64,000 nucleotides of DNA, taken from contig NOWV01000032.1 of NCBI GenBank assembly GCA_003344405.1, forward strand, positions 434,001 through 498,000. Reading direction: 5' to 3'. The notes beneath the pieces were generated by a model, which saw only the letters and a program-made list of their open reading frames with translations, was not told where the DNA came from and made no database searches. The stretch comes from Trichoplax sp. H2 (Eukaryota). Shown in pieces: positions 14,401 through 28,789 of the stretch. Both the position numbers and the translations under genes were made by a program. Numbering within the stretch: the first letter of the stretch is position 1; the number at the start of each line of letters is the position of its first letter.

Positions 14401-15285
14401 CAATAACCATCCCAAGAAGGATTACCATAGTAGCTACATCTAGTGGCATGTGCACGTAACAGCTTCCCATCAATATCAAGATATTATAGGCATTGAGTTT
14501 ACACAAATAAGATAGATATATGTGCAGCGTAAGAAATAGCAATTAAGCAGATGCCAAAAACTGCGCAATATTTTAATCCGTATCTGAGAAATATTCTGCC
14601 ATCTGCGTTTATCGAGTTCAAGTATTAGTTCAGAAATATGGTAACGAAAATCGGGTATTAGTACTATATTTTCTTACAATTGAATTTAAAACGAGCGTTA
14701 CATTTACGCTAACTTAGTTTACTGTTAAATATCGAATGCTTAGAGTTATGATACAAATACGCACTGTATCCACGTTGAGAAGGTTACATATTATCATTAG
14801 AACTATCAATTTCTTCCAATCTATAACAGTAGCTTAACAGATAGCTTTAACGCTAGCTGTGCGAGATCAGCCAACACAACATCAAAATTAACATCTACAG
14901 TACGTAAAACTATTTTTCTGCATACTGTAATGGCTTTAATTTTCTTACAACTAAGATATTTGTCCTACTGGCAGTAAAATTATCGGACTACCTCGGTGCC
15001 TCGATTCTAATCACTGATATATTTCTGAATTATATAATGCTACCTTTCATATTAGTATAGTATTTAAAATGCTGTACGAACAAATGAAGACTTGCTAAAT
15101 CAAAATACTGTACAGCTTCATTAATATACGTAAGTCACCGTATTTCAACAGATAAAAGTTTACCCATTTTTGCATTTAACGCTAAAATAGTTCCAGCTTC
15201 GTCTGTTTAATTTCTTAGCCGAATTGTCTTGGCTAATCTTTGAAGATCTTAAGCTCGACGTATTGCTCTCTGACTCAGAAGCCAT
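11436..15285 (-). CDS. RABGEF1: Rab5 GDP/GTP exchange factor Rabex-5 (A20 zinc finger + VPS9 domain + C-terminal coiled coil), multi-exon
   Basis: Exon 1 from ATG 15285 (MASESES...VKCKNG) splices to CSYYGNPSWDGYCSQCYK (A20 ZnF). VPS9 exons: ERIESFQWITLRHLE, NADVFLPALIYVLIKANP, LNSGEAGYYFTNL, CAVAFIDNLQADQLSMTTEEF. The last exon ends KEAA*. Confidence 0.9.
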
Positions 15286-15687
15286 TTTTCTACTGTACTG
15301 TACAGTAGCTTTGACTGCACCCTAAAAATGTTAAAACACTGTACAGTACAGTACATGTACAGTACACTCAGTGTACAGTACTGTACGGTACTGTACAATA
15401 AGTACAGTACTGTACTGTACTGTACAGTACCACGGGAGATCTACAGCACTGTACTGTACAGTACAGTACTGTACAGTACACAGTATACAGTACAGTACAG
15501 TATCTACAGTACGGTGATGTGCTCCATGGACTACCAGAATATTCTAAAATCTCAATCACACACTGTACTGTACTGTACAGTGTACAATTTAAATGATTTG
15601 GTATGTGGTAGGCGTTTAGTAAATAGTATGTTATTGATGTTATACATCAATGAATAGTGGACAGTCTACGTTGTACAAGTACTGGAC
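15286..15687. promoter_or_regulatory. Compact divergent (bidirectional) promoter between RABGEF1 and CCDC57, largely filled with GTACW satellite
   Basis: ATGs at 15285 (-) and 15688 (+) are ~400 bp apart. GTACW tracts span ~15291-15586, starting only ~6 bp from the RABGEF1 ATG. Confidence 0.75.
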
Positions 15688-18600
15688 ATGCAACCAAGAA
15701 ATTCACAGGACTTGCGAATTGTCAAATTACAAAATACGTTACATCAGCGCAATAAGCAGCTAGATAATGAAAAAAATCGTTTTCAAAGACTGAAAAAGGA
15801 CTTCTTGTATAACCTACGACTCCTTGAAGACAGAGATCGAGAACTTCAAAAGTATGATGCGTTGATATCTAAATCAAATTCTTCCAATTCATCAGTCTCT
15901 GCAGAAGCCCGTCAATTGAGGATTGATAATGACAGACTGAAAAAGGAGCTAGCACAACAAGAATATGAACGCGAAAGACTGCAACTATTACATCATCAAA
16001 GGATGGAAGAGCAACAAGTAAAAATTAACGAACATCGCGAAGAAGCTGGAAAACAACTGCAGGAGGAGCGCAGGCATCATCGCTTACGTTATGAAGAGTT
16101 ACAGCGTCAAATGATGAACTCAAGAAAATCAATGAAACCAAATAATAGTCAAGCCTTTCGTTACTTTAACAGCGAAATCAAAAGAGATTTAGATAAAATG
16201 AAGCACACAGCGTTTGACACATGGGAAGGTAATCTCAATATTATACTAACCGGGCTTGGAATATCGAAAACGAGTATATTTGCTTCACTTGTGCAGTACA
16301 ACTGCACATAATAAACAAGGATAAATTCAAAATATTTTTTTACTCATATTATTAAAGCCACATTTACATTTTAAGAAGTGTCCGCTAATGACGCAAATTC
16401 TCGCTTTAGGTAGCAGAAACTAAAATTATAAATGTTAATTCACAATATATGTAGCATTTGACAGAATGCTGCAGTACTGTAAGTGCACTCGTGCAGATTC
16501 ACTAGTCAGCATTTACTTGACTAGATAATCCAATCAAAACAAATTTCGTTGTAATTGACTGACTGCGATAGTGCCAGAAACCTTCAAGTTTTCAATTCTG
16601 CACAGCCTAAATTCCAGAATGCAACTCTGAAAATGCCTTATAGAACTTTATTATTAAAATTTCTTAGAATTATCAAAAATACAGTAACTGAGAGAATATA
16701 ACATTAGTTGAAGTATTAAACATATATATAGTGTAACTATTAGTAATCCAGAAAACATAAATTCTACATCAATTTTATAATTTTACTAACAGCTACTTTA
16801 AATATTAGATAAAAACCACTGCCATGTTGTCGAACAAAATGAGGAAGATATTGTACGATTGAAAGATCTCATTCAAAATAAAAATTGTGAATTAGACAAT
16901 ACCGTAAGGGCGAAGGACAATCGGTAATTTCATTTACATTGTAATTATTTAACTACAACGCTAATACCGTATATCCAAGTTATCAATGCTCACGTAAATA
17001 AGAGGTACTCAAACTTACTAAAATGATAAAGGTAAATTTATATCGTTTCCACTTTGATTTACTTCTTTGTAAGCATCTTCGAACTTGAATCTGAGATTAA
17101 GACATTGAAAAGTCACATTCGTAGAGTTCAAGAAGATTTCTTAGAAAAGAATTCTTTAATGGATCAAACGCTTCAAGAAAGAGAACAGGTGATAGCAGAA
17201 TTGACGAAAGCTAAGCATGGGATGGAAATGAAGTTTAACGAGAAAAACCTTAACCTAGAATTAAGCTTAGACGACGCAAAATTCGAGAAACTTCGCTTAC
17301 AACGGGAATGTAACAGTCATACAGAACAAGCCCAAAATGACAAAGTTTCGTAAGTAAACTCCTTTCCTAAGTATTTCGATAATTTTATTCACGAGTTAAC
17401 GAACTATTGCAAAACTGTAGATGATAATTAATATCGGTTGCTTTTTGGTTATCACTTGTACGCGTATCAACAGTTTTCAAAAACAGATTGCTGGATATCA
17501 ATGCAAAATGGCTGAAGCAGAGAAAGAATATGACGATACAGTTTCTATATTAAAACAACGAATCTATTCCTTAACAAAGAACCAAAAACGGCTAGAATCA
17601 GAACGAGATATGTGTCGTAAAGATCTGGAATCTTATCAATACAGTTTAGGTAATACTCTTAAATGTTTTATAACTCTCGCTAGTTTGAAAGAACAAGCAG
17701 AAATTGATTGGAAATTAAAGCTAGAGGAAATTAGTACCACTTGCTACAATCGCCAGGAGGAAATATTTTCTGCCTTAATAAAAGCTAAAGACGAGGTGCA
17801 ATTAAGCTTTATCTTCAAGCTATATCATAAGCTTAGAGTAGCTATACTGCAATATTGGAATAACCACTGTAACTTCAACAGTTAACATTTCCACATTTGA
17901 TAATTGTAATTTGTAATTTGCAGACTTTAGCAATAGCTGAAAAAAGTCATAGTAAACTGCAACCAACAGATAGTCACTTACAAGCCATTACACGAAATCA
18001 GGACGGGTATGCTCAGAATAAACTCAATAAGATGTTTAAAATTGGATTTCCTAAAATAATTTCGAAAGTAAACATTGGCTGACTACACTTAAGATATTTT
18101 TATAATATTTAGAACGTAAATTATCCATTACTTGGTGCTATCACTTTCAAAATTTATTATATATCAACTGTAACAGTAGTCGAATTTGTACGCGAATTAA
18201 CAAGTATTACACTGAATGATTCTCTTAGAATATACAACAACACGCCAATCTTGCAACAAAATGAAATATTAAAATTAGTTATTAAAGAAATGCGATATGA
18301 AATGGAAGCACTTACTAAACGTTTAGCAGAATCAGGTGATACCTCTACCACAGAGCATTTACAGAACTCAAAAATCAACGAACTAAGATATCATGAGACG
18401 ATTCAGACGACTCCAGGCAAGTATTCTTAGAACATTTTTACACGATAACATATGTCAGTAAATTAACACATTGTTATTCTTATTAACCATGACTTAAACA
18501 AGAATGTATGCTGGCTTTGAAGAAACAAGTACATCAGCTGGAATCCCTTAATGATACCTTAATTAAAACTATTCGCGAACTGGTAGCTAATATAAATAAC

Positions 18601-19908
18601 GAAGAAGAATATTCAATTGGCTCAGGGTCAGTTAAGCATCCGACGTGGAGAAATCTGACTGAGCTTCTACGTGATACAGTTGGTACGAAAGATGCTTGCA
18701 GTATTTAAAACCAAATCTCTGCCTAATGAAATTAATCTCAATATTTGCTTTGATCACAGTTGTCAGTACATCCTACTTATTATTCATCAGTTATTCATTG
18801 ATCATTTAGAAACGTTGGAGAATCGGATATTAGCAAGGGAAATTGAAGTTGAAACCGCGAATACTAAGGCAATTTTGTTACCAAGTACTCTACAGAAAAT
18901 TCAGCATGAGGTACGTAGTTACAGTCAGCTCGTACTTTGTGATAGTCCTGAGGATTAATTTCCTGTTTATTACAGGCAGATCAACGGAACCTCTCAATTT
19001 GGCAAATGCGACGTGATAAGACTCTACAGCGTTATCGATTCGCAGAGAGAGAAAAAATGCTAAGCCATCATATATCTGAATTGCAATCACAATCAATTGG
19101 AATACGGCACCAAGAATACAAAAATAAATGCAGCTTAATGTCGGTAAGATAACACTTTTCAAATTCATCTAATTATAAATATAAGAATTGAAGTATTCCG
19201 GGGTAAAGGTAACGTTACTAAACACCAGACTTGACTTCGTCTTAGTCAACTGACGAACGTGATGTTAATCAAAGCATGTACACTCATAATAACATCAATG
19301 AAAAAATTGAAAAAAATTTGAGTTTGTTGCAATGCGAAAATAAGAAACTAAAAAAAAGGTTAGGAAAAGCGCTGAAGTATATTTCCCAATTAGTAAAGGA
19401 AAGGGAAAAACTTTTGGATGTTGGAAATAAGTTACGTTATCGAGCAATTCAACAAGATCAAGAAATTGTCCAATTATCGGACGTTTCATCCCGGCACGGT
19501 GATAACTATTGGGCATCTGATCAGATAAAAGACTCAAAGACTGAACCAAAGACAAAATTACAGTGTTTGGAAGAGTTGCACTACAATATAGCTTCAGAAG
19601 AATTGCGTAACGAAAACAGAAAGATCAAGGGTAAATTGATTAATCAACAATCAAATGATAATATAAACCTGAGCTCAATCTCTCATGGAATTAAAGAAGT
19701 TCTACAAGCTACGAATTCTGACTTCAATCAGGAAGAGAAGGCACGCTTTGAAGATTTTCCTATGAGTTATGAGCCCTCAGATAATGACGTCATAAGTTTT
19801 TTGAATAGTAATATATCTTCCGTAGACGGAGAAGATAAAATTTTGCAGTCACTGTGGCAGATGATCGATGATAATAGGGATACCAATTCTAGTACTTTCT
19901 CACCTTGA
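15688..19908 (+). CDS. CCDC57: Coiled-coil domain-containing protein 57-like (centrosomal), multi-exon; 3' end tentative
   Basis: N-terminal LKKDFLYNLRLLEDRDRELQKYD and distal ISQLVKEREKLLDVGNKLR resemble conserved CCDC57 blocks. A series of + strand coiled-coil exons connects them. Confidence 0.7.
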
Positions 19909-22421
19909 GTCTTTAAGTACGTATATACTGTACTTTGTGCCGAAATGAACCTTAACCCCGTTGTGCTTACACCTGTCGATGCTTTGGTTATATGAAATTT
20001 ACAGTAGAATAAAGCTCTTACATTTAGTACCACTATTCACCATCCAATGCCATTATTTTATAATGTATGTAAATCATAAATATGGAAATTTGCAATGTGT
20101 AATATATTATTGTAGATAGAAAATATCGTTCGCATTGGAAATTATTACCCTGCTTGGTTTCTCATTGCTGATAATAAAGATATAGTATATAATTAATACA
20201 CTTGCTTTTTATTCTTTTTAAGTAGCTGAAATGCTAGTGCAACTGGAGTTTGATTTATTGATTATGATATTGATGCGTTCGATAATAGTTTACGCTCTAG
20301 ATATTTATTCCTGCTAAAATATACGCGTATAATCAAGATTTAAGTTCAGTAGCCACATACTGACGTAATAAATTTTCTCTTAAATTATGACTTATAAGGA
20401 AACAGTCACATTCGAAATCATAGGCTACAGTGGAATATCGCTTTTCAGTAATTCCGGGATACATACAGTATATACCTTCCTATGAATTTAAAAATATCTA
20501 ATGTAATCATGTATTAACTAATATTAAAATTAACGTTGATAGCTATTACTAATGTTCACTACCTTATTCCGATTTGAACCGATACAAGACTCTGTTTCTC
20601 GACATTAAGCGCAAAGATATTTATTTTTCAAGTACTGTACTCCGAAGCAGAGAAAGTATTCGATGTGTAACACTAACCATGAACCCTAACATTCATATCA
20701 AACAAGGCAGAACTTCCATCACTATCTAAGCTTTAATAGTAAATCTAGCGGATCAATCTAACTGGAATATAATGGACTATAAAATACTACATAAAACCTT
20801 AAAAACAGCACGAAATTGTACTGCTACGTATAAAACGGTACAGTTTTGTCGTGATTAATTCATCAATTAAACTACTACGCTATAAACTAGAAGGTATCTA
20901 ATTTACTCCGGAATCTCTAAATTCTTTTACTTTGCATTACTTCTGCCACTCACATAAAGCCTTTATCGGTGCAGTCGCCAAAAAAATTATAAAACTTTAT
21001 ACGAGTCCTTAAAAATATACGTACTGTAAGTAGCAGGTATTCAATGCGTGCGCACTGCTCATGCGAGATTTACAACCTCCATCAAGAAGCACAAGGATCA
21101 GCTTCAATAGAATTCGTATGCATATCCACTAGATTATTGATAGAGTAAGTCTACCGAGATCATAGAAATAAATTAAACAGAATAGTTAATCGATTGTCAT
21201 AGCCTTCAGTATTCACAAAAGAGTATCAAACTGTGCCAGCCAGATATAAACGTAATGAAATCTCAATAACCGCTCTATAACAACAAAGTCTCATGTTAGC
21301 TCCTACGATTTAAATACCGAAGTGAACTGATAATATATTTTAATAGGCTTCATATAAGCAATATACGAACATCTCACGATAAGCGTATCGATGCGACGAT
21401 ACGTGTTGATAATGGGCCTTTCTTATTATTATTAATTCTTATTTAAACAATTAATAAAATATCCCTTTAATTAATAATCGTATTATCGTATACTACTTGT
21501 AGATGTTAAGATTGAATATCTCCAGCTTAGTCTATATAATTGATTTAAGCATTCGATATTTTGCTAACACAGAGAACTCTACTGGAAAAAATACGAAAAT
21601 ATGTTCGTTTAAATCATTTTGTATACCTACTGAGATGGAAATGAACGGTGCCTTGTTTGTATTCGGACGTGCTATAGAAAGTAAATGTTATGAATACGGT
21701 ACAGTCAAGTTCATTCTCTAAATGTTAACTCTGAACAATAATGTTGTTATAAACCTATTGTTTCCAGTCAGAATTCACATATAAACCATCATTAATAATT
21801 TTCATCATTAGGGCTTTGCTACGCTAATACCAGTTACTGATATAACCGTTTCTCCTTGCACTATAGTGATTATAATTATAGCGATATTCTCTCTATTTAC
21901 TGCATAATGGAAATTCTAATAACTTAAAATTGTAATTAAACTACTCAAAATTCTATTGTTTCATTATTACAATACTATTGGTTTCGTTAATTATAATAAC
22001 ATTGATCAAGAAATATACCGTATGATCCATTTACTACCTAATTATGAAAAGAAAATCAACGAGTAATAAACTAATGAATACAAATAACAACAACTATTAT
22101 CCTCTATTCGTGCATATATTCGAGGATAAAATTTGAGATAAAATTTCTCGATATCAAATTTTGATCAAAGTAATGGACAGTTACCAATATCCCGATAAAT
22201 CAAGATCTCAATACTATTTTAGGTAAAATGCCATACACAGTCGATAAAATCACTTGAACACCCATATCTGTGTAGATAAACTTATGCCTGATTAGTAAAA
22301 TACACTGATCAAAATCAGAATTATCATACTAGTGCGAAAGTTCTTTTTTACTAGCCCTTGAATATCTCTGATAGAAACGATCTTCATTAACTTATGTTTA
22401 TCTATTTTTATGACTTTACAG

Positions 22422-25400
22422 AAGAGTTAGCTATGGTATAAGAAACTTTTTCTACGGTGATCTCAGCGATGATGATGAAATAAAATGGACCAGTCGTCGC
22501 ATGCAACACTGTTTAAAATTTTGCGGAGATATCGATGTTGATAAGTTACTGGAATCAGACTTAAAAGAAATAACCAATCAAAGCCAACTCAACATGGAAC
22601 CATCAACTCAACCCTTCGATTACCGTATCCGAACATCTCAAATTGGACGGCGTCATACTATGAAATCTTACCGAAGTTTTCGTAGGGTAGGAAATATGGG
22701 TCCACTGCCACGATCGTTTCATACTGATAGCGAAATTGACAATGTCTTGCAACGTAAAGTTAGACGATCATCAGCAATACAAGTCACATATTCAAAAGTG
22801 AAAAAGTTGGTAAAAAACGTAAGTCTTGTCAACTCTGATATACTGTATAAGTAACTTTATGGAATAATTACAGCTGACTAGAAACGAAACATTTCCGAAC
22901 AACTATCGTCTTTTACTGGGAGTAACAGATGGAATAATTATTCTTAGAAATCGTCACACGATCGAGAATACAAAGTAGAAGAGGAACAAAACCTACGATT
23001 AAATGATGATATTGAGGTATAATCAGAATTGCCATCGTGTATCAGTAGTAACATCGTAGCTTAAGAGGATTAGTTTTAAGCTATTGATACTAAATATGTA
23101 AAACTATTTGTATTGGTTAGTATTATCCATTAACGAAAGAAAAATTAAATAGTAATAAACGTAATTTTTTACCCATCATCCAAAATTTTAACATTGTAAT
23201 ACACATCTAAAAATTTTTTAAAATTTAGCTAAAAGAATTAAATATAAAAGAACCAGCTTCCATGATAGCTAGCCAAGAAGAAAATCTTCAACGAAGTTTA
23301 GATGTTATTGCTGTAGATTCACAGCATTATTCATCTCCGCGGACTGCTGCTTCTGAAGATCAAATGGATACCTTCAGTATAGCCACTTATACAACAAATC
23401 AAAGTTCGGAAAGGTAGATCTTAAAATAAAATTAATTTCATCTAGACGTATTAAAATAATTTAAATTAATTAGTATGAATGTTAACTAATCAATCCCTAA
23501 TAAGAAAATATATGACAAAGCAACACATTCTATGAATGATCTTTGTAATATGTTTTTATTTACGGCTACTCATGGCTCGTAGCCCTCACAGTGAGGATCG
23601 TTATGTTCTCTAGTGCGACACTAGGTTAATCACGCAATACTGGGTTAGACACTGCAAAGTAGCCTGAAGCGTGGAGTCGACTTCTTTATTCTAATTCCTA
23701 GACATTACCGGTCTATCATACATAACAAGGATGAACAGCTAAATATACCTGTTCTCTTATTACACGCGATCCTTGCCTTTAACTATTACATTAACATCTC
23801 AACTAATACCGTATGAGCAGCGTACAGTACAGTACAGTACATTAGACCATACGAGAATATGGTCTAGCGTACGTTATACAGCTATCTCCCATCGCAATAA
23901 CGTCTAACGTACTTGTACAGTACCATGTCCTAAATCTTTAGCCAAATTTGTAATAGTACGACCGTACTAGTAAGTTATTGCACAGGCCTTTCTTTATTGA
24001 ATGCTTATTTCAAGTATGTGTGTGCAAATACAACTGGGTATCAAGGTGGTTACGTTTACTTATAATACCTTTTCTTGTAAGGCCTATCTAATCGGGTGAT
24101 ACAGTCATAATACTTAGTATGACAAAGTTTATACTGTACTGTACTATACTAAATTTGCATCTTAAGTTAGGTTTCTCAAAAAGTGAGATATTTTTTCAGA
24201 TTTGCACGTCTCTTTGTTGTGCTTACTTCCAAGTGTCTTATGTGCAAATCCCTGGTTGTACTCTTTGTGGATCTGAACCTTCAAGCTAGAGAACGTGATT
24301 TTTCACACCTTAAGATACCACGATAATCATAATTATAATTAGTGATTTGAGGGCAAAAAAATCACATTTATTGCTTTTAAGAACAATAACATAGTCTTAT
24401 TGACGAATTTCTTCGCGTTGAAATAGTAAACAATAGATTCAAAATTAATTTACTTATTCTATCGATTTTATGAATAAAACACTAATTCCAAATAGAGAAA
24501 ATACTATTACGTTCATAATATGTAGTTTTCCGTTATGGCAATATCGAGTAATGCCGACATTAATTGAAGAAGTACAGCTATGGGTATATGAATTAATTGT
24601 TATTAATGATCCAAATCAATATATAACAAGGGCTGCAACACATTCTTCAAATAAAAAGAGTATCAGGAGAAAGGCCTTTGCTATTCGTCCATCCAAAAGC
24701 TTTACTTTGCCTCGAGACCGACAGCTTCAGAGAGAATATGGTAAGGGTATAGTTGGTAAGGCATTAAATCGAACTCTGCGACGGGAAAGATTGAGCTCTT
24801 CTTTATACAAGAAATTCGACAAGCTTGATAATCACAGGTAGCTGCATCCTTAACGTTAGATTTGAAGATATTCAGTACTAATAATTAGCAATATCACCGA
24901 TATGCTGAATAGTGTACGCTGTACATTGCATCTCGTTGAAATTTATCATTTTACTTTCTACTAAGTCTTTGATTCACCTTTATACAGTAGCATCCTTATT
25001 ATATACTAGTTTATCAGTGAACTGATTACGTAATTATGTTACTGGATAAAACGCGGATACGTATCTACATCTACTAATAGCCGTAAGATCAATGATTTAA
25101 TTAACTTTATGTAATGCGCAATTGCCTATATTACTGATTTGCTTACAAAACATAAGGCCATACTTTACATATTGGGTATCAACCGTTCAAGTAATTGTAT
25201 TGATCGTTTCACTTGCGTTGCATGGATTTGCTCCGGTGGGTTTTAACAGGACTAAATTTACTGCATTTGTAAGTTACTATTGTAACATCTTATATTAAAA
25301 TACAGACTTCGGCTCATTTCACAATTTGTAAAATCATAATGAATAAAATTTCTCTATAATGTGCGTACACTATCATATCAATAGATTCAGAGAGCTGATG

Positions 25401-28400
25401 GTACGAAAGAGGAAGTTTCCTTTTATGAAAATGATAATTTTTGGATTGGCCCTAGACAAGTTAGTATGTGATATCGGTGACAAATTTCACTGAAACTTAT
25501 TCTTACGTTTATGATAGTGGTAATCCTATTATAACGTAGTGCATGCCGAAACGAATAATCTTTTACGTATCTATAAAAGTAAGAAGTATGAGAATAAACG
25601 ATGATAGTACAGCTACACAATGTAATATAAGACAAAATAAATTTCGCGAATATTGGTAACGTTTTAACACATATTTACTAAAGATAGATTTATTTCTTAC
25701 CGCTAATAAAACATTTTTGAGTATTGCGCTAACTAATCGGCAGAATGATTTAATCCATCTTGGAGCAATGTTTTCACCTTGTATGAGATCGGATGTTAAG
25801 ATTACGCAGACAATCTCTTTGGATAGACAGGAAGAAAATCGTACTGGTTGTTGCATATCTTTGGATAAATCTGGCTGTGTTCAAAGATCTAGATTGCAGT
25901 GCTCGGTTAGATTTTAAATGCTATATTTTAATTTATTTTCATGTAATTATGCTAGCTTGTGACTGTCGCAGACTACTCTCCTAACAGAGTATAAAGCAAA
26001 GTATTGTGTTCTTCTAAGTTGCTACTATCAACTACTATTCTAGTTTCGGCCAGAACTACCCTTATAGACTACAGTCACACAGACAAACTTCACAGCGTCG
26101 AGCTACTTTTACTTTATTCCAACTAATACGACCAACGCTATTTACTCACGTGAAAATTACAAAATCAGTTACTAACGAGCAATACTCGTAATTATAAGTC
26201 AAAAACAAAAGTTTAGTCGACCTAACCTATATAGGCAGAAATCTACTAGGACACAAATACTTAACTTATACCACTATTCATGGTATATTTGCACCGTGAC
26301 TGTGACTTAAATTTATGTAACTTTCATTTCAATTATAGGAAACATTCTCATTATTTCACAAGTGGTCAGCGACTAAACCCAGTTCTACAAGTAGAACATC
26401 CGGACCAGTTTGTGGAGAAGATCCTAGGTACTAGCAATTGGAGCAACGTTGATAACACGATAGATCTACGTAAAATTGCTCTTCGTTTTGACGTCCTAGG
26501 CAACTGTAGAAGTACAGAGCCTTGAATATTTAGAAGAATTTTTATTGTCGAAATGAGATGCAATAACAAATACGATATTATTATTTCATCCTTCCAATAC
26601 AGAACCTGTAAGGTTCCAGCATCAGTAAAACCTTTCCAATGGCCAGACGATATCACAAAATGGCCAGTAAGTGTGGCTAAAATTAAAATTATTTATTATA
26701 TATTGCTGGGCTGAAATTTTTGCTAAAAATTTATTTTAATAATTATACATATAAGTATAATTGCCTAGTTGTTTACACCATTAAATGTCTATTAAGGCTT
26801 TATTAACTAAAACTTTGTTATCTACAATTTCTTTAGTCGTGTAGTAGAATGCTATCAGTAAACTATTCTCGAGAGCGTATGCCACATATGACTTGTCGTG
26901 TATTAGGCCGGCCATGTTGTATTGGGAGATTTGGCAAATGTGAAATTGTATCCGCGGAGTACTGCAATTACAGAAGAGGAACATATCATAGGAATGCCTT
27001 TCTCTGCTCTCAGGTTAATTGTTTAGAAAGTTCTTGCGGTTTGGTTAAATTTCTAAATCCTACCGTACCAGATCAGTTTTACAGATTTTGGATATCTTTA
27101 TTTCTTCATGCTGGGTAGGTTAGCTAATATTCCTAAATTATTCTAATGTTTTTTTGTATCCTATGGAGTCATTATCTATACTAACACCTTTATAACACTG
27201 AGAATTGTACATGTTAACATGAAAATAATACTAAAATCATTACTGCGTATCTTGCACCTATAGGGTCTCTTTTGTCTCTATATATACAGTAACTGAAGTC
27301 TAATCAATCTGATAATTTAAAAGATTACTTCATCTAGGCGTGACTTTGTTGTTTAATCTAATCATACTCAAAGACTTTGAAAAGATGGCTGGATGGCTGA
27401 GGATAAGCATAATTTATGTTCTGAGCGGAATTGGCGGTAACATAATTAGTGGGATTTTATTGCCATATCATCCTGAGGTAGGACCCTCATTTACGAATTA
27501 CTTGTGATAGTTGTGAAGGCCATAAAATGATACATTTCTTTTGTTTTCGTGTAAACACTAGTTTAACGTCCTATCGCTTCGCTTATAGAGATATCACAAT
27601 TTTAATGTAATAACTGGTAGACCCTCGCTCACGATTATCATACGATTTTGAAGTTACGTTTTGCGCCTAATATGCATAAAATTATAGCATACCAAACCAA
27701 ATATAAGTCATAATTCGGTTAGCTCTCGCTAGTTGAGCAGTCAGGCCTTATGTAGATTTGAAGGCGTATCAAATGTGCTAAGTAAAAGAATGAGGTGCTT
27801 TAAAATTAACCTTAACAGATTGTAACAAAGCAGGAATTATATTCAGAGTTTCTATAGCATAGAGCGGTCTTTCTTTAATTTAAGAAGTTATAGGTTTTTT
27901 GTATCCAATCATCGATTTACTCAGTTTTTACACTCATTCTCAGGCTGCAGTTTCAACACGCTCTTTAATCCTATTCAGTTTCTTGCACGCTGTCCATTTG
28001 CTCACGTACTTACGATACAGTGCTGTACAGGGCGAGCACTGTTACTGTAACACTAAAACTCTTAATTAACGCGTTACGCTAGGGTTTATTAAACATTGCT
28101 TAATTCTATGTTTATAATATTACCGTCCCGTTACAACTTTAAAGTCCATACTTAAAGCTTGGGACTTCATAAAACTGATCACGTAGATTTTGCAGTCAAT
28201 CCCCAATTTTTCAGTTCAATCTTCTACTTTCTGTATGTGGATGAGTTCGACGAGTTTAAGAATATTTATATTTTACTATTTTAATAGTTTTTCTACTTTC
28301 AGTCACGATCTGCCTTAGTATGCCAGATGTATCACTATATGAAGGTGCTTCTTTATGTTATTATAGATTGGTCCGTCTGGATCAAATTTTGGAATAGTCG

Positions 28401-28789
28401 CTTGTTTATTCGTGGAGGTATTCCAAAGCTGGCAGATTCTTAAACGGCCTGTTAGAGCCATTGGTAAACTGGCAGTAATCGTCCTCGTTCTATTTGTTTT
28501 CGGATTATTACCATACGTTGATAATTTTTCACATTTTGGAGGTTTTATTTTCGGCTTGTTTCTAGCTTTTGCAATTTTACCCTATGTGAGTTTTGGTAAA
28601 TGGGATCGCAGAAGGAAACGGCTGCAAATTATAATCTCAATTTTTATAGTGGGTGGATTGTTTTGCGCGATATTGTTTATATTTTATCGTGGACGACCTT
28701 TTGAATGCAAAGTTTGCAGATATTTAAATTGTATCCCTTTTACGGATCATTTTTGTAAGAACCTGGGTCAAAAACTAGAGCTATTTTGA
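22422..28789 (+). CDS. RHBDF: Inactive rhomboid protein (iRhom/RHBDF1/2 family), multi-exon; 5' end upstream and unresolved
   Basis: [10 protein letters not shown]-terminal block; [16 protein letters not shown]1; NFWIGPR; Cys-rich iRhom homology domain ([29 protein letters not shown]); [16 protein letters not shown]; GPxG motif; [13 protein letters not shown]. Confidence 0.93.

Noticed and set aside
23842..23867. 9-bp hairpin TAGACCATA-n6-TATGGTCTA in an iRhom intron
   Set aside because: Too short and isolated to support an ncRNA or element call.
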